NCBI GenBank assembly: GCA_965267265.1
Contig: OZ253944.1
Span: 3,536,153-3,560,152 of the forward strand
Direction of reading: 5' to 3'
DNA: 24,000 nt
Origin: Parvibaculaceae bacterium
Lineage (GTDB): Bacteria > Pseudomonadota > Alphaproteobacteria > Parvibaculales > Parvibaculaceae
In this document: positions 15,794 to 23,723 of the stretch, in pieces
Layout of the letters: each line of letters begins with the position of its first letter
How positions within the stretch are numbered: the stretch's first letter is position 1
Notes under the pieces: generated by a model
Databases searched by the model: none
What the model saw: only the letters and a program-made list of their open reading frames with translations
What the model was told of the DNA's origin: nothing
Translations under genes and position numbers: made by a program

Positions 15794-16099
15794 ATGCTTG
15801 CACGCATCTATAAGCCTGCGAAAACTGCGATGCAGTCCGGCACCGCCAGAACGCGGAAGTGGGTCTTGGAATTCGAAGCTGAACAGGCGCGGTCCATTGA
15901 CCCGTTAATGGGATATACCAGCTCCGCCGACATGAACTCACAGGTGAAGATGGAGTTCGACAGCAGGGAGCAGGCCGTCGCCTATGCCGAGAAACATGGG
16001 ATTGCCTATCAGGTGATGGAACCTAAAAAGGGCAAGAGGGCCATTAAGGCCTATTCCGACAATTTCAAATTCGGCCGGATTGGCCAATGGACTCACTAA
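15794..16099 (+). CDS. ETC complex I subunit conserved-region protein (NDUFS4 / 18-kDa AQDQ subunit homolog)
   Basis: 101 aa. ARIYKPAKTAMQSGTARTRKWVLEFE...DPLMGYTSSADM...F.S.EQAVAYAEKHGIAY matches the NDUFS4-like family pattern (PF04800) found as stand-alone genes in alphaproteobacteria. GAGGA RBS. Confidence 0.85.
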   Translation: MLARIYKPAKTAMQSGTARTRKWVLEFEAEQARSIDPLMGYTSSADMNSQVKMEFDSREQAVAYAEKHGIAYQVMEPKKGKRAIKAYSDNFKFGRIGQWTH

Positions 16100-16131
16100 G
16101 TAGGCGACGCTTGCGTTCTGCGCACAGGTTA

Positions 16132-16208
16132 GGTCCCGTAGCTCAACTGGATAGAGCAGCTGCCTTCTAAGCAGCAGGTTCGAGGTTCGAGTCCTCGCGG
16201 GATCGCCA
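16132..16208 (+). tRNA. tRNA-Arg (anticodon UCU)
   Basis: Manual cloverleaf: acceptor GGTCCCG/CGGGATC (one G-U); D stem GCTC/GAGC; anticodon stem GCTGC/GCAGC with loop CTTCTAA; T stem CGAGG/CCTCG with loop TTCGAGT; discriminator G; encoded CCA. Confidence 0.92.
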
Positions 16209-17297
16209 ATTTGGTCCTTTTGATAGGAACCGACCAACAGCTGATCTTGCCTGCAGTGCAGGTTTCTCCACGAAATGCCATGACAAGATGGCAATTGCGA
16301 GTGTCGCTGATCCTGCGATGAGGAAAACTGAGATCGGTGACAGGTTGGGGTCTGATGCAATCACTGCTTGCTGAATTGGGTAGGCGTAAATGTAGACGCC
16401 ATATGAATAATCGCCCAGCCTGTTGAATTTGCGGATAGGTCCGGCCGGGACATAGGCAATCCACAGAACCGCGTAGCCGACAGCTAAATAAAGCGCAAGT
16501 GTTCCGAGCGCCATGCCATGGGATAGGTAGGCAAGAAGTGCCGCTGCCGCTACCCCGCTCCAATGAAGAGGTATCCTTGTCCGATAGTAATAGGCACAGA
16601 CGCCAATTCCGAAACACAGGCCAAATCGTACGACACTGCCGTATGGCGTTTGCGGGTCATTCGCCATCGCTGTTTGGGACAAAAGCAACAATACACAAGC
16701 TGCCCCCAATGCGGCGATAGTGAAACGCCCTGGGGATCTGAGGAACCCTAACATGCCGGCCAGCATGAGACTTATGTAACAAAGAAGTTCGTAGCGAATG
16801 GTCCAAAGGGAGGCATTCACATTCAACGCGTCAGGCGTATTTGTAAACAAACCCGGCAGTGTTCTGTCGGTCTCGACAAGACTGCCTACAGAAAGAAGGT
16901 AGGCCCAAGTTTCTTGGGCTGAAAAATAGCTTGTCGATGGCAAGTCAGATAATGCAGCACCAAAGAAAAACACGATAAGAAATGCGTAGACCAAGATGGC
17001 GGGATAGATCCTCAGCACACGAGCAGTAATGAAGGAGACTGGTGAAGGGGTTCGGTCCCATGACTGCATCACCAAGAGGCCGCTGATCACAAAGAAGATG
17101 TTGACAGCATGAGCGCCGAGCGTAAATCCGGTTGCTTCGAGTAGGGGGCGATAGGGATCGTTTGCGCCAAAAACGACAGAATAGGAGTGCGAAAAAAGCA
17201 CCAAAAAGGCGGCAATCAATCTGGTCAGATTGAAATTGTTGTCACGCCCATCCGTGAATTGAGACAGATGGTGTTGTGTTGAACGAATAGACGGCAT
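16167..17297 (-). CDS. Acyltransferase family 3 (OafA/YrhL-like) integral membrane protein
   Basis: About 10 TM. The N-terminal motif NFNLTRLIAAFLVLFSHSY is typical of acyltransferase_3. Start set to ATG 17297 (MPSIRST...) behind a GAGGGA RBS. The track ORF starts at 17339. The last 14 codons run antisense through the 3' half of tRNA-Arg. Confidence 0.8.
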   Translation of the reverse strand: MPSIRSTQHHLSQFTDGRDNNFNLTRLIAAFLVLFSHSYSVVFGANDPYRPLLEATGFTLGAHAVNIFFVISGLLVMQSWDRTPSPVSFITARVLRIYPAILVYAFLIVFFFGAALSDLPSTSYFSAQETWAYLLSVGSLVETDRTLPGLFTNTPDALNVNASLWTIRYELLCYISLMLAGMLGFLRSPGRFTIAALGAACVLLLLSQTAMANDPQTPYGSVVRFGLCFGIGVCAYYYRTRIPLHWSGVAAAALLAYLSHGMALGTLALYLAVGYAVLWIAYVPAGPIRKFNRLGDYSYGVYIYAYPIQQAVIASDPNLSPISVFLIAGSATLAIAILSWHFVEKPALQARSAVGRFLSKGPNWRSREDSNLEPAA

Positions 17298-17597
17298 GGT
17301 TTCCCTCGTTGCAAAATGGGACCCAAAACCACAGCTCATTAGCGGCCATGTAAGGCGTCATTGCATTAGTACCCGCACGGTGTCCCGTTTTGAGACGACA
17401 TCGACCCTTTTGAAGATTCGTCGCAAAAAACGAGCCGGTTACTGCGAAATCCCTAAAACCATTGTGGCGCTCTGATGTTGCAAGAGATCATCCAAACACT
17501 GTCCATTGGCTGATCGGATGTTGCGACCTGTGCAAATCGATTAGAGTAGTGTACGGCGGGTGTAAACAGTGTCGGAGCTGATGGTGCAGGGCCGCAA

Positions 17598-18287
17598 ATG
17601 CCAGAAATGAAACTCGCAAAGCCGATGTTTGACATCGGATTAGCCACCAACAAGCTCGAGGACACGCTCTCTTTCTGGCAGAAGGATGTGGGGGTCCCGT
17701 TCGACCATGTGTTGAAGATCAGACGCGGACAGAACCAGCATCGGCATGACCTGATGGGCTCAGTCCTCAAGATCAATCATCTTGAAGAAACAATCCCCGA
17801 CACGCCGCCGGCGGGCTACCTAGAGCTGTTGGTAGCCAGTGACAAGAAGCCGGCCAGCCTTACCGATCCGGATGGCAATGCCGTGTCGCTTGTCACGCCT
17901 GGATCCGACGGTGTGACGCAGATTGCTGTCCGGTTGGGTGTGCGTGATCTTGAAGCCCATAGGCGTTTCTATGCCGACGCATTTGGTTTCTCCGAGAGAC
18001 CCTACAGCAAGGGTCTGGCATTCCAAGCGGGCGAGGGAGTGATTTTGCTGGAACAAGATGCCAATGCACCCAGCGATGCTGAATTTCAGGGGAAGGGATG
18101 GCGCTACATCACCTTTCAGGTCTTCAAGGTCGATGAGGAACACAAACGTGTCCTTGATGCCGGTGGTGGTGAGGCGCTCGCGCCGGTGACACTTGGCAAA
18201 ACGGCGCGCATTTCTATGGTCCGCGATCCTGACGGAAACTGGATTGAACTCTCACAACGCGCGTCGATCGTCGGAAGTCTGGAGTAG
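17598..18287 (+). CDS. VOC (glyoxalase / bleomycin resistance / dioxygenase) superfamily protein, two-module
   Basis: 229 aa. Two beta-alpha-beta-beta-beta-like halves end in DPDGNAVSLV and VRDPDGNWIELSQ, the typical glyoxalase-fold C-terminal strand motif. Confidence 0.7.
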   Translation: MPEMKLAKPMFDIGLATNKLEDTLSFWQKDVGVPFDHVLKIRRGQNQHRHDLMGSVLKINHLEETIPDTPPAGYLELLVASDKKPASLTDPDGNAVSLVTPGSDGVTQIAVRLGVRDLEAHRRFYADAFGFSERPYSKGLAFQAGEGVILLEQDANAPSDAEFQGKGWRYITFQVFKVDEEHKRVLDAGGGEALAPVTLGKTARISMVRDPDGNWIELSQRASIVGSLE

Positions 18288-18301
18288 CTGATTTTGGGCA
18301 C

Positions 18302-18898
18302 TCAATGCCAGCTGGGGTCGTGGGTGGCCTGATAGGCGGGCCTGTCTTTCAGACGCCTTACATATGCTCTCAATTTGTCACTCGGATGCTCGATCGACCC
18401 GGTCTGAATGAAAAAATCCACAGTGCCGCCGAAGACGATATCGGCTGCAGTGAATTGATCCCCCAGGGCCCAACCGCTCTCGGGGGTCATCGCTTCAATG
18501 GTCGCCAGGCATCGTTCCAGGTCACCAAAGCCCACTGACATGCTCGGGTAGTCACTAACGTTCATCGATTTGACCGTGAACATTGGCTCCAGCGTGGTCC
18601 CCGGCACGAACATGTACCGATAATACTGCCCTCGGGCGGGGGAATTCACAGCGGGTGCGAGCCCTTTTTCAGGAAACTTGTCGGCGAGGTAGGCGCAGAT
18701 GGCGGCGACCTCCGTGACGATGATGTCCCCGTCAGTCAGCACAGGTATTTTGCCCATAGGGTTGATCGCTCGGAATTCGGCAGTTGCTGTTTCGCCAGAC
18801 TGCAGGTCGACGAGAATCTGCTCGGGTTCAACGCCCAGTTCGGCGAAAATCCAAAGCGTGGTCATCGCTCTGCTCATGGGGTTGTAGTAGTGTTTCAT
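18302..18898 (-). CDS. Glutathione S-transferase family protein
   Basis: Start set at MKHYYNPMSRA (ATG 18898, AAGGA RBS 6 nt upstream). INPMGKIPVL..D..IVTEVAAICAYLADKF is the classic GST N-terminal thioredoxin-fold motif. The C-terminal helical domain has FTAADIVFG. Confidence 0.85.
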   Translation of the reverse strand: MKHYYNPMSRAMTTLWIFAELGVEPEQILVDLQSGETATAEFRAINPMGKIPVLTDGDIIVTEVAAICAYLADKFPEKGLAPAVNSPARGQYYRYMFVPGTTLEPMFTVKSMNVSDYPSMSVGFGDLERCLATIEAMTPESGWALGDQFTAADIVFGGTVDFFIQTGSIEHPSDKLRAYVRRLKDRPAYQATHDPSWH

Positions 18899-18985
18899 CT
18901 GAAATCCTTTCGACACAGCTGCTGAATAGCAGGACGTTCCTGACACCCCGCTGGCAGCAGGAGTGACCTGGCACGTGCGCCTGTG

Positions 18986-19690
18986 TTACTCCGCTGCGTC
19001 TTGATCCTTGCGTTCGGCCTCCGCGTCGAATTGTTCGAGTAGTTGCCGAATATATTTCGAAACAGCGGCATCCTCCGTAGTTTTCCCGCGCATGCCTTTT
19101 GGGGCAGAGAGCTGGATGAGCTTGGCGTCTAACTCTGGCGGGATATGGATGGTCCGTGCACGTAGCCGAGGCTGCTCGCCAGGCTCCAGGCGACTCTCTG
19201 TCTCCTGACCGGATGGCAGTTGCGTAGCACAGGCTGGGCACGTCTTGGCGCGCCAAGGCGCCCGGGCATTGCAGGCAGGACAGATCTTCCATTTCGTCTG
19301 GGTTAGGAAACTCAACACGATCAGTGTGGTTACACCGACGACGACCGACATCTCCGCGAATAGGCGGAACGTCGCAAAGTCGATGATTGAGCTTTTTGGG
19401 GTCAGATCGCCTGGGTCAACCAGGCCGGTTAGCGCTGCAATGCTGAGGGGGACAATGATCGCGAGTGTCTGGGCGAGGGCAGCGATGCCTGCCCAAAGAA
19501 GGATGCTGCGGCCCTTGAAATGACTGGCTACAAAGGCGGAGAGCAAGACAAAGACGAGCATCACGCTGGCGAGTAGTAACAGTCCTTCCCAATTGGGCTG
19601 GAGGAGCCCTAATTCTGCCAATTTTTCTGCTATCAACGACACAGCATTGTGACCAATCGTTAACTTGGCAAGGAGCCAATTCCTCGCCAA
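18986..19690 (-). CDS. Membrane protein with a cytoplasmic CxxC-X10-CxxC zinc ribbon and a C-terminal ribbon-helix-helix-like tail
   Basis: 234 aa. Three hydrophobic helices, then KICPACNARAPWRAKTCPAC, then RTIHIPPELDAKLIQLS...EDAAVSKYIRQLLEQF (strand-helix-helix pattern). I recognise no named family. Confidence 0.6.
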   Translation of the reverse strand: MARNWLLAKLTIGHNAVSLIAEKLAELGLLQPNWEGLLLLASVMLVFVLLSAFVASHFKGRSILLWAGIAALAQTLAIIVPLSIAALTGLVDPGDLTPKSSIIDFATFRLFAEMSVVVGVTTLIVLSFLTQTKWKICPACNARAPWRAKTCPACATQLPSGQETESRLEPGEQPRLRARTIHIPPELDAKLIQLSAPKGMRGKTTEDAAVSKYIRQLLEQFDAEAERKDQDAAE

Positions 19691-19758
19691 TGCTCTTCAA
19701 GTGACACTATAGTTGGATGTAAGCTTACCGCTGAATTCAGAGAATTGGGTAAACGACC

Positions 19759-20484
19759 ATGACGAACCATCGCGCACCTCGAAACAGAGCTAAAGCGGCT
19801 GTTATTTCCGATGAGAACGGGCACTTTCAGCGTCTCGCAATTGGCATGCTGGCCGCTCTTCTTTTGGCAGCGGCGGCAGTCGGCGCGATGATGTCGCAGA
19901 GCGGTGCGGCTGAACCTGCTGCGGAGGCTCCAGCAGTCGCGAGCGAAGCCACGGGCCACGATCTGTATCGGCGTGGTTATTACGAAGAAGCGATTGCGGA
20001 GTGGACGAAAGCTGCTGACGAGAATGGTGACGCCGGTGCCGCCTTTCGTCTTGGCGAGGAATATTTCGACGCCAAGGTTGTAAAGCGAGATGTGCCGAAG
20101 GCCGTCAAATATCTCACCCTCGGCGCTGAAGGTGGGGACGATCGTGCACAACAGGACCTGGCCACAATGTACGACAATGGCTGGGGTGTGACTGCAGATG
20201 TCGACAAGGCGGCTTATTGGTACTTAGAAGCGGCCAAGCGGGGCAGCGCGGTGGCCCAATACAATATCGCGACGATGTACGAGACCGGCACAGGCGTCGA
20301 ACAAGATATTGAGAAAGCGTACATGTACTACCTGCTTGCAATACAGGGCGGATTTCCTCACTTCGCGACAACTGAACTTGAAAATGTTTCGCGGACAATG
20401 ACTGCAGAGCAGATCAAAGAGGCGACCGTCATGGCCCGTGAATTCAAGCCTTTGGGTGATGAGTCCGAAGAGCGCGACAGCTGA
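19759..20484 (+). CDS. Sel1-like repeat (SLR/TPR-like) protein with an N-terminal signal/anchor
   Basis: 241 aa. Hydrophobic LAIGMLAALLLAAAAVGAMM, followed by about 4 Sel1 repeats (AAFRLGEEYFDAKVVKRDVPKAVKYLTLGAEGG, AQQDLATMYDNGWGVTADVDKAAYWYLEAAKRG, AQYNIATMYETGTGVEQDIEKAYMYYLLA). Confidence 0.85.
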   Translation: MTNHRAPRNRAKAAVISDENGHFQRLAIGMLAALLLAAAAVGAMMSQSGAAEPAAEAPAVASEATGHDLYRRGYYEEAIAEWTKAADENGDAGAAFRLGEEYFDAKVVKRDVPKAVKYLTLGAEGGDDRAQQDLATMYDNGWGVTADVDKAAYWYLEAAKRGSAVAQYNIATMYETGTGVEQDIEKAYMYYLLAIQGGFPHFATTELENVSRTMTAEQIKEATVMAREFKPLGDESEERDS

Positions 20485-20487
20485 AAC

Positions 20488-20536
20488 AAGTGCGGCTCGC
20501 GCAATAATGACGCATTGGTAAAGCCGCACTTTTCTG
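20488..20536 (+). terminator. Rho-independent terminator candidate after the Sel1-repeat gene
   Basis: 10-bp perfect stem AAGTGCGGCT (20488..20497) / AGCCGCACTT (20522..20531), followed by a TTTTCTGTT tail. The 24-nt loop is unusually long. It begins 3 nt after the stop codon. Confidence 0.55.
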
Positions 20537-20654
20537 TTAATCTTAAGATGTATCGTGCGCGGTTTGACGTAGCGACGACCAACAAAAATAACAATTGCTG
20601 ACCGATATCTGGGCGCTAGTTGGAAACGTTTGACTCTCAGGAGAGGGGTGTCTC

Positions 20655-22046
20655 ATGAAATCTGTATTTACAAAGGGCTCTAACAGGCTGTTAGCGGCGT
20701 CGCTGGCGGCCGGGATGAGCCTTATGGCACTGCCGGCGATGGCGGGTGTGAGCGAAAGCGAGGCAGCGCGCCTGGACGGTGACCTCACCCCCATGGGTGC
20801 TGAACGAGCCGGCAACGCGGCGGGGACCATTCCGGCCTGGACCGGCGGGATATCCAGCCCACCTGCCGGGATCACCTATACAATCGGAGACCATCATCCG
20901 GATCCTTTCGCAGATGATGAAATCCTCTTCACGATTACACCAGAGAATGCGGCAGAATATGCGGACAATCTGACGCCGGGCCATCTGGCTCTCCTGAACA
21001 CCTATGATACCTACAAGATGAATGTGTATCCGTCTCGGCGGTCCTGTGCGTTTCCTGAAGCGGTGTATGAAGCAAACCGGGCGAACGCGGTGAACGCATC
21101 ACTCGTCGCAGGTGGTAATGGCGTGGATGGGGCGTTACTTGGCATACCATTCCCGATCCCGGAAGAAGGTGTCGAAGTTGTCTGGAACCACAACCTTCGC
21201 TATCGCGGTCACAAGCTGACACGTCAATTCTCCGCCTTCTCGCCCTCCTTTGGTGGCGGGTTCACACCCATCGTGGTGCGCGACCAGGTCATCTTTACCT
21301 ACGCTGATCCAACAACGGAAAATTTCGCGGATCTCAACAACATTTCACTGAAGTATATGCAGACCGTTGTTTCGCCTGCGCGTCGCGCCGGCGAAATCAT
21401 TCTGGTGCATGACACGATCAATCAGGTTGCTGGACCTCGTAATGCTTGGTCCTACAGCCCTGGCACGAGGCGCGTCCGTCGTGCACCGACGATTGCTTAT
21501 GACAATCCGCAAGCCTACTCAGATGGCCTGCAGACGGCTGACAATTTCGACCTGTTTAACGGTTCGCCGGACCGGTACCAGTGGGAAATGCTCGGTAAGC
21601 AGGAAAAATACATTGCTTACAATAGCTATAGGATTGGCTCCGACGACCTGACCTACGAGGAAATTTCTCAGGAACGCCATGTTGACCAGGACCTGCTGCG
21701 CTACGAACTGCATCGTGTTTGGGCAGTTGAAGGTAAGTTGAACGAAGGCCAACGGCACATCTATACCCGTCGCGTGAAATACATGGACGAAGATAGCTGG
21801 ACCATGGCAGCTGCCGAACTCTATGACGGTCGTGGCGAGTTGTGGCGGACGCAGGAAGCCCACATCATTCAATATTATGACGTGCCGACCTGTTTCAACG
21901 GTTCTGAAATTGTCTACGACCTTATCGTCGGTCGGTATGTCGTCCAGGGATTGAAAAATCAGGAACCGATGATCAACTTCTTCGCTGATGAGTTGAACGA
22001 AGAACAGTTTACGCCTTCCGGTGTTAGGGCAGCCGCGAGCCGCTGA
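20655..22046 (+). CDS. DUF1329 domain-containing periplasmic protein (LolA-like fold family)
   Basis: 463 aa. Signal peptide LLAASLAAGMSLMALPAMAG. The N-terminal motif LTPMGAERAGNAAGTIPAWTGGI is characteristic of DUF1329 as I remember it. GGAGAGG RBS. Confidence 0.7.
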   Translation: MKSVFTKGSNRLLAASLAAGMSLMALPAMAGVSESEAARLDGDLTPMGAERAGNAAGTIPAWTGGISSPPAGITYTIGDHHPDPFADDEILFTITPENAAEYADNLTPGHLALLNTYDTYKMNVYPSRRSCAFPEAVYEANRANAVNASLVAGGNGVDGALLGIPFPIPEEGVEVVWNHNLRYRGHKLTRQFSAFSPSFGGGFTPIVVRDQVIFTYADPTTENFADLNNISLKYMQTVVSPARRAGEIILVHDTINQVAGPRNAWSYSPGTRRVRRAPTIAYDNPQAYSDGLQTADNFDLFNGSPDRYQWEMLGKQEKYIAYNSYRIGSDDLTYEEISQERHVDQDLLRYELHRVWAVEGKLNEGQRHIYTRRVKYMDEDSWTMAAAELYDGRGELWRTQEAHIIQYYDVPTCFNGSEIVYDLIVGRYVVQGLKNQEPMINFFADELNEEQFTPSGVRAAASR

Positions 22047-22069
22047 CCTAAGTCTCTTTCTAAAATGAG

Positions 22070-22102
22070 AGGCGGGTGCATTGTGAATGTACCCGCCTTT
22101 TG
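22070..22102 (+). terminator. Rho-independent terminator after the DUF1329 gene
   Basis: 8-bp stem AGGCGGGT (22070..22077) / ACCCGCCT (22091..22098), a 13-nt loop and a TTTT run directly after. It sits 24 nt after the stop. Confidence 0.7.
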
Positions 22103-22135
22103 TATGCTCGACTCCAGGATTGAGGGGGGAAGGGT

Positions 22136-23446
22136 ATGTCGCGTACTGAATGGCAAAACTGGTCAGGCTGGGTGGCGTCGCGCCCGGTCGAGTTTCATCG
22201 GCCGGAAAATGAGGCCGAGCTCGCAGAGCTTATGGCTGATTGTGAGGAGCCTATCCGGGTGGCAGGGTCCGGCCACTCCTTCACACCCATCTGTGAAAGC
22301 AACGGAGCCCTATTTTCGCTCGAAAACATGAGTGGTTTGATCGCCGTTGAAAGAGACGCTGCCAGAGCGCGGGTGAAGGCGGGGTCGACGATCAGAGATC
22401 TCGGCCCTTTATTGCACAAGGCGGGGCTTGGGCTCCTCAATCAGGGTGATATTGATCGGCAAGCCATTGCGGGGGCAGTCGGCACCGGCACGCACGGAAC
22501 TGGGAAAGAGCTAAAAAGCATCTCAGCGGCCGTGACAGGTTTTCGGCTTGTGGTGCCCGGCGGTGATGTCCTGGAATGTTCGGCAGACAAGAACTCAGAA
22601 GTCTTTCATGCGGGTCGGGTCTCTATGGGCAGTCTCGGGATCATGTCGGAGATTGAGCTGCAATGTGCGCCTGCTTATGCGTTGGAGGAGCGTGGCGGAC
22701 GGCTCTCGGTCGGAGAGTTGTTTGACACTCTGGATGCCCTGAGGGACGGGAATCGTCATTTTGAGTTCTTTTGGTTTCCCTTTGCCGACGACGTCTTGAT
22801 CAAGACACTGAATGTTTCCGATACCGAGCCCAAGGCCCGCAAGCGAGCGCCGGATGGGCAAGATGGCCCTGCCGATATCACGTTCCGTAGACTCTGTGAG
22901 ATCAGCAGGTTCGCACCATTTCTTCGCGGCCGACTCCAGAAACAGATGACCGAGCAGGGGGGTGCGCGGTATTCGGGGGATCATCCCGGACGGTCTCGCT
23001 GGTCTCACGACGCGTTTCCGAGCGACAGGAATGTGCGCTTTAACGAGATGGAATATGCCGTGCCGGCTGAAAGTGGGTCCGATTGTGTTCGAGACGTTGC
23101 CGAACATATGCGTTCGTCTGGTGTGAACTTCCTGTTTCCAATCGAGTACCGATATGTCGCTGCCGATGATGCGTGGCTTAGTCCCTTCTATGAGCGAGAC
23201 TCTGTGACGATCTCAATCCATCAGTATCACAAGCAGCCTTACGCCAAGTTGTTTGACGGCGTTGAGAATATCTTCCGAAAATATGAAGGGCGACCGCATT
23301 GGGGAAAACTGCACACATTGGAGGCAGACGACCTGCAGGCGCTCTATCCAAGATGGTCGGATTTTTGTGATGTGCGGAAACGCATCGATCCAGATGAGCG
23401 GATGTTGAATCCGTTTCTACGAAAGATCTTCGGTGTACCAGACTAA
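22136..23446 (+). CDS. FAD-dependent D-arabinono-1,4-lactone / L-gulonolactone oxidase family oxidoreductase
   Basis: 436 aa. NWSGWV..P, IRVAGSGHSFTP (FAD_binding_4 with the His used for covalent FAD in this family), the FEFFWFP motif and the C-terminal ALO-domain RPHWGK. Confidence 0.85.
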   Translation: MSRTEWQNWSGWVASRPVEFHRPENEAELAELMADCEEPIRVAGSGHSFTPICESNGALFSLENMSGLIAVERDAARARVKAGSTIRDLGPLLHKAGLGLLNQGDIDRQAIAGAVGTGTHGTGKELKSISAAVTGFRLVVPGGDVLECSADKNSEVFHAGRVSMGSLGIMSEIELQCAPAYALEERGGRLSVGELFDTLDALRDGNRHFEFFWFPFADDVLIKTLNVSDTEPKARKRAPDGQDGPADITFRRLCEISRFAPFLRGRLQKQMTEQGGARYSGDHPGRSRWSHDAFPSDRNVRFNEMEYAVPAESGSDCVRDVAEHMRSSGVNFLFPIEYRYVAADDAWLSPFYERDSVTISIHQYHKQPYAKLFDGVENIFRKYEGRPHWGKLHTLEADDLQALYPRWSDFCDVRKRIDPDERMLNPFLRKIFGVPD

Positions 23447-23667
23447 TCTTCATCGAAGAGGGCGATGGTCTGGCCTTCTTCGACAGGGTCTTCTTCGGCA
23501 ACCAAGATTTCAACGAGCGTTCCGTCGGCGGGCGCCATGATCGGGATTTCCATCTTCATCGATTCCAGAATGAGGATGGGGTCGTCTTCATCGAGCTTGT
23601 CCCCAGCTTTTGTTTCGATCTTCCAGACTTTGCCCGTGATCTCGCTTTTTACTTCTATTTGCGCCAC
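23443..23667 (-). CDS. Stand-alone biotinyl/lipoyl-domain carrier protein (BCCP-like, 74 aa)
   Basis: ITGKVWKI..K.GD.L...D.ILILESMKMEIPI.AP.DG.L matches the biotin attachment consensus E(A/S)MKM. There is no N-terminal BCCP linker. Its stop overlaps the convergent oxidase stop by 4 nt. Confidence 0.8.
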   Translation of the reverse strand: MAQIEVKSEITGKVWKIETKAGDKLDEDDPILILESMKMEIPIMAPADGTLVEILVAEEDPVEEGQTIALFDED

Positions 23668-23723
23668 GGTGATCTCCCATGAATTCCGATTTGTTTTTCT
23701 TACTCTATCACGAGGCTGGCGCC

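Noticed and set aside
16209-17600. A direct repeat of the tRNA-Arg 3' end (att-like) or an integrase that would delimit a genomic island
   Set aside because: No copy of the tRNA 3' segment was seen by eye, and no integrase- or recombinase-like ORF is present. Only the compositional and overlap observation is reported.
19660-20151. 163-aa minus-strand ORF antisense to the Sel1-repeat gene; also 22595..23107(-), antisense to the ALO-family oxidase
   Set aside because: They lie within strongly supported plus-strand genes, and their translations have no recognisable domains.
20621-20636. Sigma-54-like TGGAAAC...TTGAC element upstream of the DUF1329 gene
   Set aside because: The spacing and the -12 element do not fit GG-N10-GC: there is no GC dinucleotide 10 nt after the GG.
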